Shown: positions 44,741-53,982 of the stretch, one piece after another
How the letters are laid out: each line of letters begins with the position of its first letter
How positions within the stretch are numbered: the first letter of the stretch is position 1
Assembly (NCBI GenBank): GCA_902800525.1
Contig: CADCEV010000002.1
Coordinates: 95,695 to 159,694 of the forward strand
Source: an uncultured Bacteroidales bacterium
GTDB taxonomy: Bacteria; Bacteroidota; Bacteroidia; Bacteroidales; Paludibacteraceae
Length of the DNA stretch: 64,000 bases
Direction of reading: 5' to 3'
Made by a program: the position numbers and the translations under genes
Notes under the pieces: model-generated
Databases searched by the model: none
Told to the model about the DNA's origin: nothing
What the model saw: the letters and a program-made list of their open reading frames with translations, nothing else

Positions 44741-44823
44741 CTCATCAGACATCAAACATAACACATCAAACATACCTTAGTGCCATCTCGCGGCACTTAA
44801 AAGCAGCGAGAAACGACCTTTGA

Positions 44824-44850
44824 CATAATGATATGATGAAAAATTATCTA
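44824..44850 (+). repeat. Start-codon repeat, copy A (CATAATGATATGATGAAAAATTATCTA)
   Basis: Direct copy of the 45175-45204 start region of the giant gene and inverted copy of 45113-45138. Followed only by an 11-codon ORF. Confidence 0.7.
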
Positions 44851-45129
44851 CAGAGAATGGACCGATAATGCATCTTTATCATTGGGCGTTAGGGTATAGT
44901 AATACGGGGTCTGACTGGATGGCAAAGCCGTTAAACCCCAATTGGACGTACCACTATAATGGAATCCGGAGCCATCAATACCCAATACGTAAACGGCATT
45001 AGCATCAATACCTGATATAGACTCCAAGCGTGTGTACGTATAACCCCATGCTTGTCCCAAACTGAGTGTTAATAACATCAATGGCACTAAAAGCCATTTA
45101 AATTTAGAAGAGATAAAATTTGTCATCAT
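44848..45129 (-). CDS. 93-aa signal-peptide-bearing fragment, paralogous to the N-terminus of the 2735-aa protein
   Basis: Signal peptide ending QAWG. VYVLGIDGSGFHYSGTSNWG resembles KYVIGNYNGSKYLAATSGNWG of the giant protein. The ORF exactly fills the space between repeat copies A and B. It may be a cassette or a pseudogene remnant. Confidence 0.45.
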   Translation of the reverse strand: MMTNFISSKFKWLLVPLMLLTLSLGQAWGYTYTRLESISGIDANAVYVLGIDGSGFHYSGTSNWGLTALPSSQTPYYYTLTPNDKDALSVHSL

Positions 45130-45138
45130 ATTGTTATG
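45113..45138 (-). repeat. Start-codon repeat, copy B (inverted)
   Basis: The reverse complement CATAACAATATGATGACAAATTTTAT matches copy A at about 21/26 positions, with a perfect 9-nt core ATATGATGA. Confidence 0.65.
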
Positions 45139-45174
45139 TTAATTATGTTTGCGTTGGGTTGTAAATATTTAAAA

Positions 45175-45204
45175 CACAATGATATGAAGAAAAGATTATT
45201 TACA
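45175..45204 (+). repeat. Start-codon repeat, copy C (start of the giant gene)
   Basis: CACAATGATATGAAGAAAAGATTATTTAC. Similarity to copy A continues for about 45 nt. Confidence 0.65.
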
Positions 45205-48200
45205 AATTTTCGAAGGATGATAGGCATCGTCCTATTAGCATGTTTGGCGAACACTAATGTGTGGGCTACTTTAACTGCGGATAGTATTGTTACCACTGCT
45301 TCTACATCTCTTGTTGATGGAGGAAAGTATGTCATTGGCAACTATAATGGATCAAAATATTTGGCAGCAACAAGTGGAAACTGGGGTAGTATTGCAACCC
45401 TAAGTTCAGCCTACGTTTTTACTGTACACGGAAGTGCAACTGCGTTTTATGTTACATGTGTAGATGGCACCTTAAAAACGGCTAGCGCAAAATCATGGGG
45501 AGGTTATGATAATAGTACTAGTAATAACATCAAATTAAGTAACAGTGGAGATATAATTAAATACGGAGCTACGAAACCATATCTCAAGATAAATGGAACC
45601 TCCGGCTTTAGATGGTACGATTCTGGACAAACAGCAGTTTATATGTATCAGGTTGGTTTCAATATCTTCTTTACACAACCTGCTTCAGGTGGTTCTATTG
45701 CTGCGACATCAACTGTTGCTACTTTTAATAACTCTAAGAACTTAATGGCGGGTGTATACAAGACAAAAACCGTTACACTTACAGCAACTCCACCTTCAGG
45801 AAAAACAGTCAATGCTTGGACGGTTAAGAAGAAGTCTGATAATTCTGATGTTACTTCTACTGTCTTGTCCGGGACAACTCTTACAATGCCTGCTTATGAT
45901 GTGGTTGTGAGCGTCACTTGGAGAGATGCTGCTTCTTGTGCGGTTAATCCTACCGTGGGTGGTTCAGAAAAAGGTTCTATTTCTTGCACCACCGCGACGA
46001 TTAATTGTAACAACGGTTCTGACAAGGGTGTTGTGAAGGGAAGTTGCGACATTTCAGAGTGGGGATTTGTGTATGGAGCAAGTAGCAATCCTACTGGCAA
46101 TAAAACCAGCAAAGGTACAAATGCAGAGGGTGATGTGGCTAATTTTAGTCACACGTTTACCAATTTAACTCCAGGTGCAACGTATTATGTTCGTGCTTAT
46201 GCAATTGTGAACGGAACAACATATTATGGAACAGAGACGAGTTTTACGACTAAAACGATTACAGTAACCGCTAATAATGGAAGTTATGGCTCTGTATCCG
46301 GAGAAGGATTAAGTTGGACAGGTTCTCCTAACTCGGGATATGTATATGCAAGTCCGGCTTATACGATTACAGCTGGTAACAATACCACAGTAGAAAAAGA
46401 AGGAAATACGTTTACGATCACTTCTACTTCGACGGAAAATGTAGAGATCACGATTAACTTTGAGCCGAAGGGATGTGAAGAAAAAGGAGCATCAAGTATA
46501 ACGAGTGGTACAAGCACAGGTTATACATCTGGTCCTGTGGACGAATACTACAAATATAGTGCTCGTCAAATTCTTTATACAAAATCTGACTTAGGATTAG
46601 CTGCAGGAAAGAAAGGTGTCATCAAGTCCATTTATTTCCAGTATAGTTATAACACGGCTATGTCAAAAAAGACCAATGTGGATATTTATTTGGCGAACAC
46701 AAATTTGACAAGTCTTTCAACAAGTTCTTACGTGCCATTTGCTAATTTCACCAAGGTATATACAGGTGCTTTGAATTGTTCTGGTAATGGCACATGGAAT
46801 GAAATAACGTTCGATGATTCATTTGAATATAATGGTATAGGTCAGTTAGTAGTTTTGATAGACGACAACTCAAATCAATATGATGGTTCCGATTATAAAT
46901 TCAAATATCATTCAGGAGTAAGCGGAGCGCAAATCTATATGCGCGACGACAATTCAAACATTGACCCATCTAGTGCTAGTACATGGACAAGTGCTAATGA
47001 ACTCACAGATCGTCCTAACACTAAGTTCTGTATAGAAGAAAAGGATATGGTAAAATCAACAGTATCCTTTAGTACAGGAACGGGTAATACAGCGCAAGCA
47101 AATATAACTGAATCCTCTGCTGGTTCCGGTATTACTTTGCCGGCAGGTCCTACGCCAAAGTGTTCTGCTGATGGTTGGAGTTTTGCGGGTTGGGTTGAAT
47201 CTGAGGTGTCAAGTGAGACAACTACTGCTCCAACATTACTCACAGCAGGTGATACCTATTATCCTGCATCTAATATAACGCTTTACGCAGTATATGTAAA
47301 AAGTGAAGCTGCAGCAAATGCTACGACAACGACATATACCCTCAACGGTAACTGGACTACAAATAATGGCAATTGGACAAAAGTAGATGGTAATAACCTT
47401 AGTCAAGTGTCGTCGAAATGGGGACTTACTAGTGGTTCATCGACGGCTGTTTCTCCATCTTCATGGACAGATATTGAAACTATTACCTTTACCGGATCAA
47501 AATCAGATGCAGGAGCAGGTTCGGTCGCTTTCTATTATGGATCTGGTGACTCATGGACTTTAATCGAAAGTAAAAGTTTTGGTACTTCGTTAACATGGTC
47601 TCCGAATCCTAAAGTCACAGGAGAGTTAAAATGCGTCTTTACACGTACGAATGGAAATATCTATATCGCATCAATTGCTGTGAAGGGAAAGATCACAGTT
47701 AGCACCTATTTTAGCAACCCGACATGTTGCGAAACGTTAGCAGATATCAACGGTGAAGTTGAGTTTACTGATCCGACAACGGCTGTGGTAACATGGGATA
47801 AACTGGCAAATGTGGCTGCATCGAATGCATATGCAGTTTCATACAGAACAGGTGAGGCTGCTTATGGAACAACGAATGTGGGTGCTATTGATTTGACAGG
47901 AAGCAAAGCAACTTGCACGATTACAGGTTTGGGTTGTAATACAAGTTATGATATTAAGATTGCGGTAACGGCAGCAACCGGCTATTGCGACAAAGAGCAA
48001 GTGATTGCAAGTCAAAACTCCGGCAAATATGCGATTACATTGAACGGAAACGGAACTATTACCGGTGGTACGTTTGAGGCAGATGAGACTTCAGCTTGTG
48101 ATGGTGCTACGATTACATTAAGCGCAAGCAAGAGTGCAGGATATAATTTCAACAGTTGGGCTATTTCGGATGGTAATAATATCACTGCTGATGTCCTCAA

Positions 48201-51200
48201 GGATGGTTATGCTGCAACAGACGATATCGTTGAAATCACGATGCCGGCTAAGGATATTACTATTAACGCTTCGTTTAGTACGATATCTTATGATATTACG
48301 TACGCGAACATGGAGGGTGCTACTAACCATGTAAGCAATCCTGCTAACTATACAATAGAAAGCTCGGATATTTCGTTAGGCAATCCGACGAAGGAAGGCT
48401 TTAACTTCGGTGGTTGGTTCGTAGATAGCGATTTGGCTGTAGGTCACGAGGCAGGTTCGCCGGCAATTGCGGCAGGTTCGACCGGTAATAAGACATTCTA
48501 TGCAAAATGGATCGCTGATGATAAATGGAACGTGGCTATTACGACTCCGAGCAACGGAAGTATAAGCGTGACATATGAGGGTATGGAGTCAGCGTTGACA
48601 AGTGGTTCGAGAGAGATAGCAAAGAACACAGTTATTACGATTACTGCTACTCCGAGTGCGGGATATTCATTGGAATCGTTGAAGATAGGCGATGCTGATT
48701 TTACAAGTGGTAATACCCATACATTGACTTCGTCGATAGTTATCTCTGCAACGTTCTCTATTATCAATTATAGTATTACGTATAACAACATGGAGGGCGC
48801 TACCAACCATGAGGATAATGTTGCAAGTTATACTATTGAAGCGGCAGAAGACGTATTGCTGAATGATGCTTCTAAGACGGGATATCATTTTGATGGTTGG
48901 TTCACCGACAATGGAACTTGGGAGAATCAGATAATGTGGATTGATAAGGGATCTACCGGCAATGTAGTTGTTTATGCAAAATGGACAGCAAATACGTATC
49001 AAGTTACTATTGATAAGAATTATGGTACGGCAGGTACTGTTGATGTAACGGCTACATTTGATGCTGCAATGCCGAGTCTGACTGGAAAATCAATAAGTCG
49101 CTCTGGATATAATTTAGCAGGTATCTTTGCGAACAATGATGGTACTGGTACGAAGTATTACAATGCAGATAAGACCAGCGCGCATGAATGGGATCAGGCA
49201 CAAGATAAGACCATCTATGCAACTTGGAGCCCGAAGAATTATACTATCACGCTGAATAACGAAGGCGCCGATACCGGTCATGAAGGTACGGCAAGTATTG
49301 CGGTCACATTTGATAGTAGCGATAATCTGACAAGTGCTATAGATAGACCGGAAAAGGAGGGCTACAAGTTCTGCGGATACTTCACGGAAACAGGTGGAGC
49401 AGGCACTCAACTTATTGGAGAGGACGGAAATGTTATTGCAAGCGTATCTAACTACACAAGTTCTACAAAGCAATGGAAGAAAGCAGGAGATGTGGAATTA
49501 CACGCGTTCTGGAAAGCTTGCCATACCGTAACTTGGTATGTGAACTCAACAGAGACACCGGAAATCGTAGTTCACGGAGAAAAGGTAGCGGCGATGCCGA
49601 CACCTCCCACTTCTGCGGAATGCGATGATGCGAAGAAGTTCGTAGGATGGCGTGCAGAGAAGATCACCGGTATTTCGCCGAGTACACCCGACGGTATCTT
49701 TACGGCCGTTGCAGGTTCACCTGAAGTTACGGAAGATGTAACATTCTATGCGGTATTTGCAACAGAAACGATAGGAGATATCGTTTTGGTTAAGAATATT
49801 AATGATTTGACAGATGGCGCAAAGGTTTACATCTACTCTGAATTTGAGGCAAGCGAAACAACTTATGGTGCTGTAGCAAAGGCATATGAAACTGGTAATA
49901 ATGTACGTGCCGTTTCCGGTACGGTTTCAAACGAAAAATTGACACCGGGTACTGGTGCTTGTGCATATACTTTCGGTAAAGTAAAAGTAGGCAATACCGA
50001 TTACTATACCTTTAACGATGGTACCTATTATTTGTATCCATCCGGTTCAGATAAAAACTATCTCGTAGGAGAAACAGATCTTAATGACAATGACTATAGT
50101 TTATTTACAGTAGAGATTAATACTACAACAGGTGTTGCATCTATCAATAGCAAGGGTAATACAAGTAGAGGCAAAATGCAATTCAATAAGAATGCTGATA
50201 CCGGCGATTATACGAAGGCTATATTTGCTTGCTATAAATCAGACGCTAGCCAAACTGATGTAAAACTATTCAAAAAGATTCCAGATGTATATTCCGACTA
50301 TGTTACCAAGTGTGCGTCGTGCGATGCGGATGCTACGTTTACAACGGCTTTACCGGCAGTAAGTGAAGAGGCTTGTACGAGTGCAACGGTAACGGCAACA
50401 GGTGGTTTAGCAACGTTAGGTTCAGAAGGTTGCAACATCAGCGACTATGGATTTGTTCTTGGTACAGCTACTAATCCTGTACTGGATGGTGAGGGCGTTA
50501 CTAAACTGCAAGTAGGTACGAGCAACCCGACCGTAGGTAATGACTTCTCGTATGACTTGACCGGTTTGACGAAGGGCACACACTATTATGTACGTGCATA
50601 CGCGGTCAATAAACACGGTGTTGCTTATAGCAGCACGAAGGACTTCTGGACGAAAGATGTAAGCAGCATTGCAATCACGACCGCTCCGACAAAGACCAAT
50701 TACATCGTAGGTGAGACGTTCGATGCAACGGGAATGGTTGTTACGGCTACTTTGGCTGGCGGAGCAACAGAGAATGTCTCGGAAGGCGTAACGTACTCGA
50801 GTGCTGCTTTGACGGCAGGAACAAACAATGACTTCACTGTAAGTTATACACTTTGCGAGACAGAGAAGACGGCTACGCAGAAAATCAATGTATATAGCGC
50901 TACAGTCACCGAAGGTACCAATGAGGATAAGGGCGTTATGGCATATGACAATGCCGGTACGATTACGATTAGCAGCTTGGCTGAACATACGACGGTTGAG
51001 TTTGTGAAGACGAATGCTGATATCCGCGACAACGGAGATGGTTCGTTCTCGATTATCAACCCAACGGGTACGGTAAATATCACGGTTAATTATGTAACGG
51101 CTGTTCAGGTGGCAGTTAAGTTCTATGCTAAAGGTACTGAATTGACAGGTTTGGCATTGAGTCCGTACCAGAGCGAGAACTTCGATATGCCTGATGCAAG

Positions 51201-53391
51201 TGCTGCTGCAAGTGCGATGACTGCAGCAAGTGTGAGTGTAAGCGATGATGTACACTTCGTAGGCTGGTCTGCAAGTGATTTCCCGTACCAGACGAGTGAG
51301 CCGACTATGGTTGGTGCGACCGGAAAGGTAACAGCTGCTACGAACTTCTATGCTGTATTCTCGAATATTCAAAAGGTAAGAGTTGATGAAGGTGTCATTA
51401 CCGGTAGTTATCAAAGTAATGAGACTGAAGTATCGGCAGGAGGCTTTGAAAATGGCTTTGTACATAAGCAAGTAATGAAGAATGCAACGACAAGGCTTCA
51501 ATTCCACAAAGGATCTTCTGATTATGGCTATGTATATAACAAGACAGCTATTTCTAATATTGTACGAATTGAAGTAGGCGTTCCGGGTACTGGTTATCGT
51601 GGTGGTATTCCGGTATACGCTTGTTCGGCAAAGAAGACGATATCAGGAAGTGCGTTAATTGATGAAGATACTGCAGACGATAGATATATCTACTTGTTCC
51701 CTGCGAACACGCAGTACTTCTGGGTCAAGGGAAATAATGATGATACCTACAATGTAGATTATATTGACATCTACTATGCTCCGGAAGCGGTATATTACAC
51801 AACTCAGTTCCAGACTCTAACGTTCAATAAGGCAGACGGTAACAAAGATAAGGATGAGATGGTTGCTAAGAACAAAGCTTATGCGTTGACGGAAGATGAT
51901 GCTCCTGAAGCAGTTGAGCACTATACGTTCCTTGACAAGTGGACAGACAGCCAGAATACCTATGAAATAGGTGACGCTGTGACCATGAGCACAAATGTTA
52001 CACTGACTCCGATTAGTGCGTACGAAACAACGGGAGATACTGACATCGACGACCTGCCTGCAACCGTGACGGAGATTGTTGTAACGGATGGTAAGAATCT
52101 GAACGTTAATGACGACAAGACCCTTGATAACCTCATCGTTGAGAATGGCGGTAAGGTAACTTTGAGCAGCAACAAACTGACCGTCGTTGGTACATTCTCC
52201 ATAGAGACAACTATGGCAGGTGGTAACTCAGGTCAATTGGAAGGTGCAACAGCATCGAACTTTGAGGCAAGTGAGGCTTATATCGACATTACGCTGGGTA
52301 AGAATGGAGACCCGAATCAGTGGCATGCGTTTACGGTTCCGTTCCCGGTTGATGTGATGAACGGTATCTATGATCTGGAAGGTAATAAGTTAGCGAACGA
52401 AGTGAACTACGCTATCATGGATTACCACGGAGACATCCGTGCACAAGGTCAATACGGATGGAAGAAATATCGTGGTGTATTGGTTCCGGGTACCTTCTAT
52501 ATCATGGCAACCGACGGCGGCCGCACGACCTACCGCTTCAAGAAGACGGCTAATGGTGCTCTCGTAGCTGGCAACAGCAAGGCTATCTATGAGTATGCAA
52601 GTTCGACCGGCGGCAATGACAATGGTTGGAACGGCATCGGTAACCCGAACTTGTTCTACGGCAAGGTTAATCTGGCAGTACAGGTTCTTGATCCGAATAG
52701 TTACACCTTTATTACCAAGACCGCTCAGTCAACGAACTTCGTTGTGGGAACACCGTTCTTCTATCAGGCAACAGCCGATGGTACGATGGTAATGGAAACC
52801 GCAAACGCAGGTGGCAACTACGCACCGGCACGCGAACGCGCAATGGAGATAAAGGATGTACCGGTAGGCTTCGGCAACGAGGACTTCACTGACTACCTCT
52901 ATGTTACGGCCAACGAGGATGCGCTCAACGAGTATGAGACCGGCAAGGATCTTGCGAAGATGACGATGACCAATACGCCGAAGGTGGCACAGATCTTCGG
53001 TAAGGCATACAACACCAAACTCAGTATGGTTAACGTTCCGATGGTGAACGATCAAGCCGAAGTGGCGCTTGAGCTCTATGCTCCGCAAGCCGGTACATAC
53101 ACCATCAGCGTTCCGACAGAGCGCGAGGATGCAAGTCTCTACCTGACCAAGGACGGTAACATCATCTGGGATCTGACAGTCTCGCCGTATGAAGCAGAGT
53201 TTGACAAGGGTCAGAACAACGGCTACGGTTTGATGCTTGTCCGCAAAGCTCCGCAAGTGACAACCGGTGTGGAGACAATTGACAATTCACAATTGACAAT
53301 TCACAATTGTCAGAAGGTGATCCTCAATGACCATGTGTACATCCTCCGCGATGGACAACTCTATGACGTCATCGGAAAAGCGGTTAAATAA
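45184..53391 (+). CDS. Giant secreted cell-surface repeat protein, 2735 aa (Listeria-Bacteroides/InlB-B repeats, FN3-like, Big_3-like, C-terminal module shared with the 877-aa protein)
   Basis: The ATG at 45184 (MKKRLFTNFRRMIGIVLLACLANTNVWA) is preferred over the track start at 45136. Multiple YxITYxNMEGATNH...GWF...YAKW repeats. Ends with YILRDGQLYDVIGKAVK. Confidence 0.88.
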   Translation: MKKRLFTNFRRMIGIVLLACLANTNVWATLTADSIVTTASTSLVDGGKYVIGNYNGSKYLAATSGNWGSIATLSSAYVFTVHGSATAFYVTCVDGTLKTASAKSWGGYDNSTSNNIKLSNSGDIIKYGATKPYLKINGTSGFRWYDSGQTAVYMYQVGFNIFFTQPASGGSIAATSTVATFNNSKNLMAGVYKTKTVTLTATPPSGKTVNAWTVKKKSDNSDVTSTVLSGTTLTMPAYDVVVSVTWRDAASCAVNPTVGGSEKGSISCTTATINCNNGSDKGVVKGSCDISEWGFVYGASSNPTGNKTSKGTNAEGDVANFSHTFTNLTPGATYYVRAYAIVNGTTYYGTETSFTTKTITVTANNGSYGSVSGEGLSWTGSPNSGYVYASPAYTITAGNNTTVEKEGNTFTITSTSTENVEITINFEPKGCEEKGASSITSGTSTGYTSGPVDEYYKYSARQILYTKSDLGLAAGKKGVIKSIYFQYSYNTAMSKKTNVDIYLANTNLTSLSTSSYVPFANFTKVYTGALNCSGNGTWNEITFDDSFEYNGIGQLVVLIDDNSNQYDGSDYKFKYHSGVSGAQIYMRDDNSNIDPSSASTWTSANELTDRPNTKFCIEEKDMVKSTVSFSTGTGNTAQANITESSAGSGITLPAGPTPKCSADGWSFAGWVESEVSSETTTAPTLLTAGDTYYPASNITLYAVYVKSEAAANATTTTYTLNGNWTTNNGNWTKVDGNNLSQVSSKWGLTSGSSTAVSPSSWTDIETITFTGSKSDAGAGSVAFYYGSGDSWTLIESKSFGTSLTWSPNPKVTGELKCVFTRTNGNIYIASIAVKGKITVSTYFSNPTCCETLADINGEVEFTDPTTAVVTWDKLANVAASNAYAVSYRTGEAAYGTTNVGAIDLTGSKATCTITGLGCNTSYDIKIAVTAATGYCDKEQVIASQNSGKYAITLNGNGTITGGTFEADETSACDGATITLSASKSAGYNFNSWAISDGNNITADVLKDGYAATDDIVEITMPAKDITINASFSTISYDITYANMEGATNHVSNPANYTIESSDISLGNPTKEGFNFGGWFVDSDLAVGHEAGSPAIAAGSTGNKTFYAKWIADDKWNVAITTPSNGSISVTYEGMESALTSGSREIAKNTVITITATPSAGYSLESLKIGDADFTSGNTHTLTSSIVISATFSIINYSITYNNMEGATNHEDNVASYTIEAAEDVLLNDASKTGYHFDGWFTDNGTWENQIMWIDKGSTGNVVVYAKWTANTYQVTIDKNYGTAGTVDVTATFDAAMPSLTGKSISRSGYNLAGIFANNDGTGTKYYNADKTSAHEWDQAQDKTIYATWSPKNYTITLNNEGADTGHEGTASIAVTFDSSDNLTSAIDRPEKEGYKFCGYFTETGGAGTQLIGEDGNVIASVSNYTSSTKQWKKAGDVELHAFWKACHTVTWYVNSTETPEIVVHGEKVAAMPTPPTSAECDDAKKFVGWRAEKITGISPSTPDGIFTAVAGSPEVTEDVTFYAVFATETIGDIVLVKNINDLTDGAKVYIYSEFEASETTYGAVAKAYETGNNVRAVSGTVSNEKLTPGTGACAYTFGKVKVGNTDYYTFNDGTYYLYPSGSDKNYLVGETDLNDNDYSLFTVEINTTTGVASINSKGNTSRGKMQFNKNADTGDYTKAIFACYKSDASQTDVKLFKKIPDVYSDYVTKCASCDADATFTTALPAVSEEACTSATVTATGGLATLGSEGCNISDYGFVLGTATNPVLDGEGVTKLQVGTSNPTVGNDFSYDLTGLTKGTHYYVRAYAVNKHGVAYSSTKDFWTKDVSSIAITTAPTKTNYIVGETFDATGMVVTATLAGGATENVSEGVTYSSAALTAGTNNDFTVSYTLCETEKTATQKINVYSATVTEGTNEDKGVMAYDNAGTITISSLAEHTTVEFVKTNADIRDNGDGSFSIINPTGTVNITVNYVTAVQVAVKFYAKGTELTGLALSPYQSENFDMPDASAAASAMTAASVSVSDDVHFVGWSASDFPYQTSEPTMVGATGKVTAATNFYAVFSNIQKVRVDEGVITGSYQSNETEVSAGGFENGFVHKQVMKNATTRLQFHKGSSDYGYVYNKTAISNIVRIEVGVPGTGYRGGIPVYACSAKKTISGSALIDEDTADDRYIYLFPANTQYFWVKGNNDDTYNVDYIDIYYAPEAVYYTTQFQTLTFNKADGNKDKDEMVAKNKAYALTEDDAPEAVEHYTFLDKWTDSQNTYEIGDAVTMSTNVTLTPISAYETTGDTDIDDLPATVTEIVVTDGKNLNVNDDKTLDNLIVENGGKVTLSSNKLTVVGTFSIETTMAGGNSGQLEGATASNFEASEAYIDITLGKNGDPNQWHAFTVPFPVDVMNGIYDLEGNKLANEVNYAIMDYHGDIRAQGQYGWKKYRGVLVPGTFYIMATDGGRTTYRFKKTANGALVAGNSKAIYEYASSTGGNDNGWNGIGNPNLFYGKVNLAVQVLDPNSYTFITKTAQSTNFVVGTPFFYQATADGTMVMETANAGGNYAPARERAMEIKDVPVGFGNEDFTDYLYVTANEDALNEYETGKDLAKMTMTNTPKVAQIFGKAYNTKLSMVNVPMVNDQAEVALELYAPQAGTYTISVPTEREDASLYLTKDGNIIWDLTVSPYEAEFDKGQNNGYGLMLVRKAPQVTTGVETIDNSQLTIHNCQKVILNDHVYILRDGQLYDVIGKAVK
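53276..53311. repeat. CAATTGA/CAATTCA heptamer array (5 units) inside the giant gene
   Basis: Translated as IDNSQLTIHNCQ, about 25 codons before the stop. Confidence 0.9.
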
Positions 53392-53416
53392 CGTAAACAG
53401 CAAAATAACAAGCATA

Positions 53417-53566
53417 TGAAAAAGAAAAATTATATTCAGCCAACAATGAAGATTGAGGAACTGAGTTCCCAAGATTCGCTGATGCAAATGGTACTTGGCT
53501 CTTCCACAGGACCGGAACCGGGAAAGTATGCCCCCGAACGCCGACTCATCGAAGGCGCTTACTAAC
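53417..53566 (+). CDS. Possible 49-aa ORF downstream of the giant gene
   Basis: ATG 25 nt after the giant gene stop (MKKKNYIQPTMKIEELSS...PERRLIEGAY), followed by a strong terminator. Too short to judge, and not in the supplied track. Confidence 0.3.
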
Positions 53567-53620
53567 TCTCGAAACGGGAAGAATATCAGCAAAAAAGAGC
53601 ATTAATCGTGCTCTTTTTTG
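53545..53620 (+). repeat. 76-bp direct repeat, copy 1 (3' end of the 49-aa ORF plus terminator)
   Basis: 75/76 identical to 55461-55536. Confidence 0.9.
53589..53620 (+). terminator. Intrinsic terminator (AAAAAAGAGCA-TTAATCG-TGCTCTTTTTT)
   Basis: 11-bp stem with an A-run and a T-run. It could act bidirectionally. Confidence 0.8.
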
Positions 53621-53692
53621 CTGATTGTCGTAAAAAATGAAGAAAAATAAACGATTTTGCATAAAATATTTGGATTGTAACTAAAAAATAGT

Positions 53693-53700
53693 TACCTTTG
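53693..53700 (+). promoter_or_regulatory. -7 box (TACCTTTG) for hicAB
   Basis: AAAAAATAGTTACCTTTGCACAAAATTTGTAATATG, with the ATG at 53716. Confidence 0.5.
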
Positions 53701-53715
53701 CACAAAATTTGTAAT

Positions 53716-53973
53716 ATGAGTACAAAAGATAAATTAATCGAGCGGTTCTTGACGCTTCCATCTGACTTCACCTTTGACGAACTGGAGCGGCTGCTGAGCG
53801 CACTTGGCTATACGAAATCGAACAAAGGGAAAACATCCGGTTCGCGTGTTATTTTTAAAGACAAGGAAGGACGCCCTATAATGCTCCATAAACCGCATCC
53901 GGGTAACATCGTTAAAATGTATGCCTTGCGGCAAATATTAGAAGAATTACAATCCAAAGGACATTTGAAATAG
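53716..53973 (+). CDS. hicA: HicA-family toxin (mRNA interferase)
   Basis: KGKTSGSRVIFKDKEGRPIMLHKPHPGNIVKMYALRQILEEL fits the HicA dsRBD-like pattern. Directly upstream of a HicB-like gene. The ATG at 53716 is preferred. Confidence 0.75.
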   Translation: MSTKDKLIERFLTLPSDFTFDELERLLSALGYTKSNKGKTSGSRVIFKDKEGRPIMLHKPHPGNIVKMYALRQILEELQSKGHLK

Positions 53974-53982
53974 GAGGAAATT

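Noticed and set aside
50422-51507. 361-aa minus-strand ORF inside the giant gene. Similar long antisense ORFs lie at 16549-17640, 4188-4985, 12312-13181, 57267-57995, 446-1081 and 59358-60140.
   Set aside because: Each lies fully antisense to, or out of frame within, a gene with strong family motifs. Their products are R/C/H/S-rich with no recognisable domains, which is typical of shadow ORFs.
53150-53391. A canonical T9SS C-terminal sorting domain on the giant proteins.
   Set aside because: I could not match the last ~80 residues to type A or type B CTD motif patterns, and only a ~20-aa shared tag is evident. It is left as an open finding rather than called a T9SS CTD.
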